Assembly: GCA_950097015.1 (NCBI GenBank)
Contig: CATNEN010000005.1
Location: forward strand, 4,154,001-4,218,000
Reading direction: 5' to 3'
Source: Macrostomum hystrix
Taxonomy: Eukaryota > Animalia > Platyhelminthes
Length of the DNA stretch: 64,000 bases
The notes beneath the pieces were generated by a model. The model worked only from the letters and a program-made list of their open reading frames with translations, ran no database searches and was not told where the DNA came from. This document shows, one piece after another, positions 38,757 through 49,522 of this stretch. Positions within the stretch are counted from its first letter, which is position 1, and the number at the start of each line of letters is the position of its first letter. The translations under genes and the position numbers were made by a program.

Positions 38757-41700
38757 TCAGGCGACCAGGTGCGGGTTGAAGGACACCTTCTTGGATAACC
38801 GGCCTGTCTTTTCCACCACAGCCTGGTAGAAGGCTCCATCGCCGCCCTGAATAGGTCTGCTTGTGACGCGACTGTTAACCTCGAGGATCATGTCCTCCAG
38901 GAACTCGGTCTGATATTGCTCCTCAATTACGTCGCACAAAGTTTGCACAAAAATCGAACCATTTTTGGGATCTCTGTAGGCCGGAGAATCCTCTGTGTTG
39001 GCGTAGCAGATCAGGAAGTCGCTCTCATTCGGACAGTTCTGCGGATTCCTAACTGGGACGTTTCCATCGTGCTGCACCTCTGTGGGTTCCGAAACGTGGC
39101 CGCTGGCACCGCGACAGGCCTGGGTGAAGAAGAGCTTCGGCTTGCGCGCCAGACCTTGGCACTTTGCTGGCTGAAACAGCGAGACCAGCTCCTTGAGCAG
39201 CTGGTATTGACCGTCGCGGCCATAGATAGCACCTTTGGTGCCGTGAGCCATTAGGAAACAGACAAAAGTGCCAAACTGGCTGTGCTCGGCGCGGGCAAAG
39301 TTCGTCATCTCCCAGAAGATCTCTTGGCCTGGTTAGGTAGAGAAAACTTAAAAACGGTTTCGAAATGTTTGAAATAACTGCTAACCCACCATTGCGGGCA
39401 GAAATTGGAGGTTTCCTCGGCCCTAGGCTCGGCATGGATTTTTGGTAGGCTTTTTACCATTACCCGCTGCTAGCCGGGGTGCGGGGCAGAGCCCGCGCTA
39501 GGTGTGTGTGTGTATTAAATAATAGTAATAAACATAATTGCAGGAGGGCTGCGGGCAATGGCACGTCATTTGGTGACACTAGACCCGCAGCCAGCGAGGA
39601 GGCCATTCTGCCCATTTCGCTGACTCCTGAGCACACAAGCACACAGATACTGTACTCAGGCACACACTCACTCAGGTGTGTACACCTGCCCTGACCTTCT
39701 CATTGTCAGGCAGTGTACACTTTCACTGTGTCTTGGAGGTTGGCCCTCAAGGGTGTAAATTGCATCCAAGCCTTCTTCTCCGCAGCTGCGCCCCAAATGA
39801 ATGTGACCTCGCCGTGGAATCGAGCCCAGGGACCTTGGTGCGAGAGGCAACCGCTCTGCCACTCAACCCCATATAATTTATTGAGAATACTGTTAATTAT
39901 TATCCGAGTATTAATAAATGTCTATGGTCTCGCCATAGAGGTTTATACAGAGAAATGCCAGTTGTCCTTGGCACCAAGGTCTTCGACAATAATCACTGAA
40001 TATATTGACGATGCCGACGTCGAACGGCTTTGAAAGTTAGTTCATCGTAACGGGCGGAAAATTTTGATTCAGATGATGGAATTTCACGAAAATCGGTTGT
40101 TCGGTTTGGCAGCTATCCTGAAGTATAGGCAACGGGTATTTGAAATACCCCCATGGACATTCCACACGCGGAAAATATTGGACTTTCTACTGTTAGAAAT
40201 TCTTGCTAACTATCCAACTTCGGTTAGCGTTACAGAAAATTACCTGTGAGATCCTGGAATGACCAAACTTTGAAGCCCAACGATTTGAACAACTGTTTCA
40301 CCCGCCGGGCATCTAATCTGGAGCCTTCTCGACGACTAAAGTTCGACTCTGGGTCGTAGTTCTCGATGTTTATTACTACACAATGTCCCTGTGGCTCGGT
40401 GACTGGGTACACATTGCGTAGGTGAGCTCTGCGGGTGACAGATAAGGTGTGCGATCAAGCATTCATGCAAATTCAATACTCACTCGTACTTACCCAGCGT
40501 CCGAGTGACTCAAAATTGGAGTCGGTGAGTGAGGCCCCATTCTACAACAGCAAATTAGAATGGTTAAAATACGGAGCTAACTACTAAACTGCTAGCAAAA
40601 TTCACCCTTACCCAATGAGATCCAAAGATCTGGTCTCATCAATCTGTTGAGGCTGGAACATTTCCATCTTCATCTGCTCCAAAAAGTGCACGCTGAAAAT
40701 AATGATCGGAGCAGTGGTCGCTCAAAAAAGCTGTCTGTTATTATGCAAAAAATATTACGAAGATTGTATAGTTTAGTCATTTACTCAGCATCCCCATCAG
40801 TTTCTGCTCCACCGGTGACTTTTGCCGATGCTACAGAGAAGTTCTTCGACCTGAAGATTTTCAGAGATAAGACAAGAAGTGAAAAACTCATTTCTCGTAT
40901 CACTTTGCTAGCATAGGCAATACAAAAGCGTTTGAGTTGTTGTTATCAGTACGAGCGAATGTATGGTTTTAGGTTGCACTCTACTAACCAGTTTTTTTCG
41001 AGTGTTGTATAGTTGGCTCTTAGCTCTGTGCTCTCTATCTCTACCTCACTCTCTTCCTCTGATTGGGTCCCACTTCCTTACCCTTCCTGTCTTCTAATTG
41101 GTTCCCACCCCATCACCCCTTCCTGGCTTCTAATTGGTTCCCAATCTTTTACACCTTCTCAATCTCAAATCTCAAATCAATTATTAAATGCCGTTTTTAT
41201 TTTTAGCGTGGCTAATTTACACTCGAGAACGACGACAGCATGTTCAGTCCGTTGACTGGGGAGAGCCACGGCAACAGCGCATACTCTTCACTTAATAAAC
41301 ACTGGTATTCGTTTTGTATCCACATCTGGGTTAAAGCAATGGGTGACTTCAGTATCTCCCCTAATTGGCCTAAAATTCCGAAGTGCTAGGAATGGGACAG
41401 CGAGGCTCACCAGTCAGACAGGAGTCGCACAATGTCACCGTGCTCGTACATTTCAGCGAGTGACGCCGCAGTGTCACCGTCTTTATCCCTGACGCTGGGA
41501 TCGCAGCCGAACTGCAGCAGCTCTCTGGCCGCTTTGAAGTTGCCTCGCCAGCTAGCCAGCATCAGAGGCGTCAGGCCTCGCTTGTCCGTCGCATTGAGGT
41601 GAGCTCCGGCCTCGGCCAGGAGCTTCAACACGGCCAGGTTGTCCGACTCAGCCGTCCAGTGCAGTGCCGACACACCGTCCGGGTCCTTAACATTGACATC

Positions 41701-41880
41701 GGCGCCAAGGCTCAACAGAAGTCTAGCACAATCGGCGTGTCCTTGATTGGGCACGAACTCGCCAGCCCAGGCGGCTCGCAGCAGCGGAGTCTGGCCCCAT
41801 TGGTCGCGCCAGTTGGCGTTCTGTCGGTTGGCCAGCTCTCGCAGCCGTCCGATGTCGCCCATCAAGGCCAGATTGCTCAT
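38757..41880 (-). CDS. Ankyrin-repeat-caspase fusion protein B (~446 aa)
   Basis: Exons 41880-41411, 40850-40785, 40541-40494, 40428-40244 and 39328-38757; phases 2,2,2,1; total 1341 nt, open. In-frame stop upstream of ATG 41880. MAHG and QACRG intact. Confidence 0.9.
39520..39872 (-). mobile_element. SINE family A, full-length, inside the caspase-domain intron of gene B
   Basis: tRNA-like head GGGGTTGAGTGGCAGAGCGG...GGCTCGATTCC; shared body; AT-rich tail. Confidence 0.87.
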
Positions 41881-41939
41881 TGAGTTGGCTCTCTGGGGTT
41901 GCGGTTGTTAATTTGGATGGGCAAACTTGGCACCTTGGA

Positions 41940-42140
41940 CTAGGCTGGACGCCACACCCACTCCCTCACACTCACACCCACACCCACCCATTTAACAGCT
42001 GAACAGCTGGGTGAACTGCAGCAATGCAGAGTTAAATGTCTTGCTAAAGGTCTTTTCCTGTAGAGTCGAGAATCGAACCTCCGACATTTCTGAGTCGTGA
42101 GTCGAGAGGAATCCGACGCCCTAACCACTAGGCTACTACC
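41940..42140 (-). mobile_element. SINE family C (tRNA head plus central domain)
   Basis: A box TAGCCTAGTGG, B box GGTTCGATTC, then CTTTAGCAAGACATTTAACTC...TTCACCCAGCTG...AAATGGG, which resembles conserved SINE core domains. Confidence 0.7.
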
Positions 42141-42214
42141 CCTACTAGATTAGACCCCACTGGGGCTACAATGAGACCTGATGCTGGTCCATCCACTGGG
42201 GTACTGAGACCCCA

Positions 42215-42915
42215 CTAGGCCACAACCCCAACTGGGCCACAACCCCCACTGGGCCACAACCCCCACTGGGCCACAACCCCCACTAGGCCACAACCCCCAC
42301 TAGGCCACAACCCCCACTAGGCCACAACCCCCACTAGGCCACAACCCCCACTGGGCCACAACCCCCACTGGGCCACAACCCCCACTGGGCCACAACCCCA
42401 ACTGGGCCACAACCCCAACTGGGCCACAACCCCCACTGGGCCACAACCCCCACTGGGCCACAACCCCCACTGGGCCACAACCCCCACTAGGCCACAACCC
42501 CCACTGGGCCACAACCCCCACTGGGCCACAACCCCCACTAGGCCACAACCCCCACTAGGCCACAACCCCCACTAGGCCACAACCCCCACTAGGCCACAAC
42601 CCCCACTAGGCCACAACCCCCACTGGGCCACAACCCCAACTGGGCCACAACCCCCACTGGGCCACAACCCCCACTGGGCCACAACCCCCACTGGGCCACA
42701 ACCCCAACTGGGCCACAACCCCAACTGGGCCACAACCCCCACTGGGCCACAACCCCCACTGGGCCACAACCCCCACTAGGCCACAACCCCCACTGGGCCA
42801 CAACCCCAACTGGGCCACAACCCCCACTGGGCCACAACCCCCACTGGGCCACAACCCCCACTGGGCCACAACCCCAACTGGGCCACAACCCCCACTGGGC
42901 CACAACCCCCACTAG
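42215..42915. repeat. 17-bp minisatellite (CCACAACCCCCACTRGG)n; G-rich on the minus strand
   Basis: Period 17. Confidence 0.96.
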
Positions 42916-44232
42916 GCTACAAGCCCCACAAGACTGCAGCCCTTACTAGATGACGAGCCCTACTAGGCTACAACCCTTAATTTGTTGCAATCCAACATGT
43001 GTGAATGTGTGTTATTGTACAGTATCACTGTCCTGGCGTGCATAGGGGTCAGCGGAATAGACAGAATTGTCACCTCTCTGACTGCTTCTCGACCGTCGCC
43101 AAATTACACTTCATTGCATTTTACTGTTCTATGATAAAATTTACCATTTCAATTATTATCCATAACAGTTCTAAAAATAACACACAAAGTAGAATTCAAA
43201 ATTCAAAATTCAACAGATTCCAAAACTTAAAATGTTTACCTCTTCCTGATCCTTTTTCATGCCCCATTCGTTGGTCATTATGAACAGTGAAGTCAAGTTT
43301 CGGTTATTCAAAATTCAAAATGTGCTGAAAAATTTTGTGCCTTAGGGAAAAGAAAAAATTGAAGCTGCGAAAATTACTAAACACAAGAAATTGGAGTGAA
43401 CATATTAAAGTTTGAGCTGAATGTAGTTTAAGCAACTTATTAAGCTGAGACAAGAACTGTAGCTATAGAAAGAGCAGAAATGAGCTGATGCAGTACTCAC
43501 GCGGAGAGGTTGAGAATCTAACACAATAGGAGTGCGTCGATAGGAGTGTACAGTTTATTTAGTGTACACAGGAGATTTCAGTACAATGGCTTCCTCACCT
43601 GTCTCTACACTCTATACACCAACCAGTATTTTAGGCGAAAATGACGACAAGACAGGAAAGTGGTTACCAATGCCAACAACAATCTTCTAGACAGCTCTGG
43701 ATTGAACGAAATAAGTAATCTGTACTTTTGTGTGATTTGTCTGCAGGCATACCCAATTCATGTACTAAATCTAGTACAAGTATAAAGCGTCATTTCTTGA
43801 TTTGAGCGAATATAAGTGACAATCAACTAATAAATACAAACCTTTGGCTCATTTGACCTAAGCACACAAACTCATTTGAGTAATTTTATATTATATTTTA
43901 GTAATTACTCATTAACTTTCAAAAGCGATAGTTTTCATGTATTTGCGATGCGCAGGAAAATCGTTTGAAAAAATCTTTGAAATACGCAAATATGCTAGAT
44001 TTGTAATCGCAGGTGCAGTTGTACGAGGATAATTATTCTGGAAAATAATAGTTTCTTAGTTAATTAGTAAATAGCGATGGTACTACAGCACTTTACGCTC
44101 GTAAAAGCATGAAACACAGAAGATGGGACTAAAAATAGGTGGTGTTTCGCTTGAGTAAACAATTCTATGCTTCGCGCAATAATAGTTAGGAAAAAATTTC
44201 CATTAATGCATCAGCGCTTAAATTATTCACCT

Positions 44233-45969
44233 TTACTTTCCCCAGCCACGGCCTCCTCTGAAACCTCCTCTGAAACCTCCTCTGAAACCTCCTCGGCGAC
44301 CTCCTCTGAAACCTCCTCGGCGACCTCCTCTGAAACCTCCTCGGCGACCTCCTCTGAAACCTCCTCGGCGACCTCCTCGGCGACCTCCTCTGCGACCTCC
44401 TCGGCGACCTCCTCGGCGACCTCCTCGGCGACCTCCTCTGCGACCTCCTCGGCGACCTCCTCGGCGACCTCCTCTGCGACCTCCTCGGCGACCTCCTCGG
44501 CGACCTCCTCGGCGACCTCCTCTGCGACCTCCTCTGTGACCTCCTCTGCGACCTCCTCTGCGACCTCCTCTGCGACCTCCTCTGCGACCACCTCTGCGAC
44601 CTCCTCTGCGACCTCCTCGGCGACCTCCTCCGCGACCTCCTCGGCGACCTCCTCCGCGACCTCCTCTGCGACCTCCTGTGCGACCTCCTTTGCGACCACC
44701 TCCGCGACCTCCTGTGCGACCTCCCGTGCGACCTCCCGTGCGACCTCCTTTGCGACCTCCTTTGCGACCTCCTCCGCGACCTCCTGTGCGACCTCCTTTG
44801 CGACCTCCCGTGCGACCTCCCGTGCGACCTCCTTTGCGACCTCCTTTGCGACCTCCTCCGCGACCTCCTGTGCGACCTCCTTTGCGACCTCCTTTCTGAC
44901 CTCCTTTGCGACCTCCTTTATGACCTCCTTTGCGACCTCCTTTGCGACCTCCTCCGCGACCTCCTGTGCGACCTCCTTTGCGACCTCCCGTGCGACCTCC
45001 CGTGCGACCTCCTTTGCGACCTCCTCCGCGACCTCCTGTGCGACCTCCTTTGCGACCTCCTTTCTGACCTCCTTTCTGACCTCCTTTTCGACCTCCCGTG
45101 CGACCTCCTTTGCGACCTCCTTTCTGACCTCCTTTGCGACCTCCTTTATGACCTCCTTTGCGACCTCCTTTCTGACCTCCTTTGCGACCTCCTTTATGAC
45201 CTCCTTTACGATCTCCTTTCTGACCTCCTTTGCGACCTCCTTTGCCACCCGGTCCTGGGTAGTTCTGACTTCTGCCATCGCCAGAGCCGTCGAACGGAAA
45301 ATCTAGTTCATTGCCTCCGAATCCTTCAGGAGAAAAGTCGGGAGCTTCTTCAGGTGGATCCATCTCCGGCTCCTCTGGAGCATAGCTCATGATTTCGGAT
45401 TCAGTTTCCTGATTTCCAGCGGCTGCCTGCTGCGAATTGTCCGGGGTTTCCTGCTGTGCCGCATTGGAACTCTCCTGCTCAGGTAAGATCGCGGCTTGTT
45501 GCTGAGGAGTGTCACAACCATTCTCCTCAGCTTGCGTATTGTCAGCCGGTTGCCCAGACTGCGACGGGTCTTGACTTGAAGATGACGACTCGGCGAAACT
45601 ACGAGTAAATCTGCGCAACCATAACAAGAAGGCCCTTTTCATCCATGCCATATATAATTGTCTAGACGATGACCAACGATTTCTCCTTTGCGGCATTCGA
45701 AAAACTCTTCTATAGTTTCTTGTTGCGAGCCGAGGCAATACTGGAGTAGGCAACCTCGTTCCATCAGACGTCACAGCTGGTGGCTCCGCAGTCGAACTTG
45801 GAGTATCATCGCTGGCTCGACGATCCGCGAGTGCTTCAGCTTGGTCGATAGCCACCAAGTCAGGCAGCTGCGCTCTAAAACGCGGCAGTGCAGTGACTGG
45901 CTGGATAAAGATGCCGCATTGTAGAACTGCCAAGGCTACGAATATTAATCCGAGGAAATTTGTTCCCAT
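44233..45969 (-). CDS. Secreted precursor 1 (578 aa): signal peptide, Trp/Arg-rich segment, acidic spacer, ~330-aa Gly-Gly-Arg/Lys repeat tail
   Basis: ATG then hydrophobic MGTNFLGLIFVALAVLQCGIFIQPVTA; unique N-terminal half in frame with 12-nt repeats (GGRK/GGRT/GGRG/GGRR/GGFR); TATA box 77 nt upstream. Confidence 0.85.
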   Translation of the reverse strand: MGTNFLGLIFVALAVLQCGIFIQPVTALPRFRAQLPDLVAIDQAEALADRRASDDTPSSTAEPPAVTSDGTRLPTPVLPRLATRNYRRVFRMPQRRNRWSSSRQLYMAWMKRAFLLWLRRFTRSFAESSSSSQDPSQSGQPADNTQAEENGCDTPQQQAAILPEQESSNAAQQETPDNSQQAAAGNQETESEIMSYAPEEPEMDPPEEAPDFSPEGFGGNELDFPFDGSGDGRSQNYPGPGGKGGRKGGQKGDRKGGHKGGRKGGQKGGRKGGHKGGRKGGQKGGRKGGRTGGRKGGQKGGQKGGRKGGRTGGRGGGRKGGRTGGRTGGRKGGRTGGRGGGRKGGRKGGHKGGRKGGQKGGRKGGRTGGRGGGRKGGRKGGRTGGRTGGRKGGRTGGRGGGRKGGRKGGRTGGRTGGRTGGRGGGRKGGRTGGRRGGRGGGRRGGRGGGRRGGRRGGRRGGRRGGRRGGRRGGRRGGHRGGRRGGRRGGRRGGRRGGRRGGRRGGRRGGRRGGRRGGRRGGRRGGRRGGRRGGRRGGFRGGRRGGFRGGRRGGFRGGRRGGFRGGFRGGFRGGRGWGK

Positions 45970-46045
45970 TTTTAATCCAAAGGCGCGTTAAATCCAGGAA
46001 TTTCCAGGACATGTGCAGTTTTCATTTGTGTGCAATTTTAGAGCA

Positions 46046-46052
46046 TTATATA
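46046..46052 (-). promoter_or_regulatory. TATA box (TATATAA) of secreted precursor 1
   Basis: 77 nt upstream of ATG 45969. Confidence 0.5.
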
Positions 46053-47139
46053 CACTGGGCTTTTTAATTAGTGTCACTGAGTCCTATTGTGTCTCCGTCA
46101 AGCCAGAGTTTTCTAACGCTAAATCCGTGAAATTTTGCACAACTTCATTGTTCTGTGACAGCTTTTTATACTGTTGAAGGACGTTGTACTCTCACGATTA
46201 CAAGCAGAGGCTTTTATTAATAAGCTGTGTATATTATTATGCATATCCTGGCTTTTTAGGTGGAAAGATTAGTCGTAAAACGAAGCAGTCAACAGAAATA
46301 CCGGATTTATCGATCGGCTGAGCCTGCAATATGCACGCGTACGAGCTACAAGCATGGTTTAAAAAGTAAAATGAAATAAAGACAGCGTGTACTCGTAGTT
46401 TCAGACAGGGGATATCGATGCTTAGATTGTAGACATCTTATCGCTCGCAATAGCAGGTTCTTCAAAAGAACAATTCGAAAAGTTGTCCAAATTAAACATA
46501 ATAGTGTACAAATTCTCGAGTGAGAGAACTTGCGGACCGTTTGAACCGTCCAAGTTATTCCCACTAATGAAAACGCGCAGGCTGCGAGGTCGCATCTTTG
46601 AAAGCCGAGACAATCTGGAACCGGAGCTTCAGCGACTTCTACTGTTTCAAAATCTCATGTCAGAGCTATAATAAAGGCTATCGGAATGGAATTATTGAAA
46701 AATGAATGAGGAATTCAATCATTACGGTAGTAAAAAACAAAAGCATGTAGCTAAGGAAGCGAAAGTTGGTTGCACCGCCGCTGTTTCTCGAGCCTATGTC
46801 ATCTGAGCTAAGCAATTTGTCAGTATCCATATTTTCTTAAAACAATAGGACCTTGTCGAATGCACTAATTAATTTAAAAAATTAAATTTGTTGAAAATTT
46901 CAGCTGTAAAACTTCCTCGAATATTATTGGATCTATCCCAGCTGAAGTTAAAAATATAATGGATTTCATTCTCTACCTTTGCCTGGCACTTTGGGCAGAT
47001 TCTGAGGTCATCTCATCTCAGCTACTCTAGGTCTGACTGTTCTCTGTCTCGCAGACAAACTTTTCGTTACAGAACAGGTCTTGTACAGGCAGAATTGGCA
47101 GAACAGCTTCATATACAGTCCAGAAACTGGTTAAGTGTG

Positions 47140-47340
47140 CGGACTTCATCTGGACGATGCATGACGTTGGGCGTAGCGTGAATGCTTTTGCTCATCTCTT
47201 GATGGCACTGCCGAAACTGTGGCAACGTCAAGACGTGGATCAGAACGGACGCCTTGGAGGCAGCTTGACGCTGCTTATGCGGCCTGCTGCATGCGGCGTT
47301 TGGAGTTCCAGGGACCGGCGAGATATCCCGATGGGCAATT
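47140..47340 (+). pseudogene. Decayed non-LTR retrotransposon RT C-terminal fragment
   Basis: Frameshifted reading resembling AET(W)...QLDAAYA(A)LLHAAFGV, like the post-RT region of RTE-type elements. Confidence 0.35.
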
Positions 47341-47391
47341 GACTGATGGAAGCATGGAGTGTGACGTTTTGACTTTTGATGTCGATGGCCC

Positions 47392-47830
47392 TTCACTTAC
47401 TTAATTGCAGGGGGCCTGGGGCACTTGACGCACAAACACAGGAGCGGCATGCCCCCAGGCCGGCAAACCAGGGGAGGACTTAGATGCCTGAAGGTTAGGG
47501 ACGAGAGGACCAAGCCACGCGCGCAGACGGCTGGTGAAACCTCGCCGCTCAGAGCACGCATGGCTGGTGCACACCCGCCCCACCACCATACAACGCCTCA
47601 CACCCGGCCCAACGCACAAACACAAACTCAAACAAGCAGGCATGCAGAAGGCAGGGGTTAAGCTATTTTTTAATTAGCTTTGGTTGCACAGAATTAGGTG
47701 CATCTCCGCAAGTCACTACTTCGCAGACCCCCAACTAAGCCCCGAAATAATCGTGACTTGAAGGGAGGAACGAACCAGCGACCATTGGAAAGTGAGGCAG
47801 CGACACTAGCCGCTGACCCACTCACCCCCC
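47392..47830 (-). mobile_element. SINE family B, full-length, with 14-bp target-site duplication
   Basis: Direct repeat GATGTCGATGGCCC at 47378-47391 and 47831-47844; tRNA-like head TGGGTCAGCGG ... GGTTCGTTCC; 3' end GGCCCCCTGCAATTAAGTAAGT. Confidence 0.85.
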
Positions 47831-48719
47831 GATGTCGATGGCCCAGAAGGCAGAAGCGCGCTAGCTGACTTTTAACTATTTTTCCCCAGTGTGGTTGGCA
47901 TGAGTAGTACAGTAGTGTTGCTGCTGTTGTCAACTTTGGAGACCTACTCGATCCGGGTTGCCTTCACTTATGGTGACCAGATGTGCACCGATGAAGCGGC
48001 TGAAGCGAGCACCGACGAGAGCGTGACAGTCAATTTAGTTCTCGAGTTTATCCTCTGTGCCAGACTCGGAGTCACGTGAGGGCGCAGTTGGCACCAAACA
48101 ACTAGCTACTGTCTTAACAGTAGAAAGACACGCTAATTTCCCCCAGGGAAAGAAATACTACAGGAGTATTTCCAATACCCACTGCACACTCCATGATAGC
48201 TCGCAAACCAAAGGACCGATTTTTGTGAAAGTCCGCTAAATAAATCAACATTTTCCCCCTTAATTACGATTAATTAATTTTCCAAGCGTCCTACGTCAGC
48301 ATACTAGCACACTATAAGCCCCCTTGTGGGGCACTACTGTTCAGACAAAAAATCTTGTGTAATGCAGAAGGACAAAACACACCTGAAAGTAAACTGATGT
48401 CTCAGAATGTATTCAAGCTCAGACTAACTATTTTTGCATTTAGTGAGAAATAAAATTCTCGTTGAATCGCAATCACTAATATTCGCAATCAGGGAAATTA
48501 ATACTGACGAAATGAGTTTTCGTTTTTGTTTACTTTCAGGTGAAAATTAGCAAATTAGCCCCTCTTCGGGGGCGCACAAAAGTTATCCTAATGCTTGTTG
48601 ACAGTTTGCATATTTTTATGTGGTCCAACAATTGAATTGTGGCAATGAAAGGCTAAAATTAGTTCTACATTAGGCTTATATTGGTATATATTTATACGCT
48701 TACACAGATGTACGAGATG

Positions 48720-48890
48720 TATGCCTGCGTTCAGTATCTGTGTGCGTGTGTGCTCAGGAGTCAGCGAAATGGGCAGAATCACCTCAACGCTGGCTGCGGG
48801 TCTAGTGTCACCAAATGATGTGCCTTGGCTCGCAGCCCTCCTGCATTTTTATTACTATTATTATTATTACTATTAATTTTATTATTATTA
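48720..48890 (+). mobile_element. SINE family A, 3' fragment
   Basis: Matches the SINE-A 3' half and tail GCAGCCCTCCTGCATTTTT followed by (ATT)n. Confidence 0.8.
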
Positions 48891-49522
48891 CTCAGAGTAC
48901 ACCTAGCCGTAAACCACCAGCGTTGGTCATGCCATCAAAACGTGCAGGTACTGACCAGTCGAGATAGATCCGATAAAGTATCCTGAGATAACTTTTCATT
49001 CTTGAGGTTTGGTCGATCTGTCATGGTTGGTCTGACAGTGTACGCACCCTCACGGTGTCAATTGGACCTCATATGGGCTTAAATTGCACGCCTCTAAGCT
49101 ACTGAAATCCTATTAAACAGCGCTTACATATTTGGTGTTATATCAAAAGTTTATGGTGATTTATATATATTTAAAAATTGTGTTCTGAAAAAATCTGATG
49201 TGTTTTCTAATACGCTAATTCTAATTCTAATGAACACATTCGTTATTAGCTAATTACAGTTTCACCGTTTACTGAGCAGTTCATACGGAATTTCGAGAAG
49301 CGAATAGTGAAACTGTTTGAATCGGAACAGTTTGCAGAGCAGTATAAGCAGCCAGGAATATGTATAGTGAAGTTTCTGAAAATTTAAACACTTAAAATCT
49401 TAAACTAAATTTCAATTTTTTTTCAGTAATTGTAAAGTAGCGGTTTAGTTCGCGCTATCTGAAAACGAGACACACTCGAAGGCATTCACGAGCCTCGTAA
49501 ATTAGATACTTCTTCAATTTCC

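Noticed and set aside
34285-42140. Functional tRNA genes at 34285-34357 and 42060-42140 (also 4910-5019)
   Set aside because: A and B boxes are present, but the acceptor and anticodon stems do not pair properly; these are better explained as tRNA-derived elements.
44167-45306. Antisense Ser/Thr/Ala ORF and same-strand alternative-frame acidic (EVAE)n ORF overlapping precursor 1
   Set aside because: Both are by-products of the 12-nt repeat. Only the GGRx frame connects to an ATG, signal peptide and TATA box.
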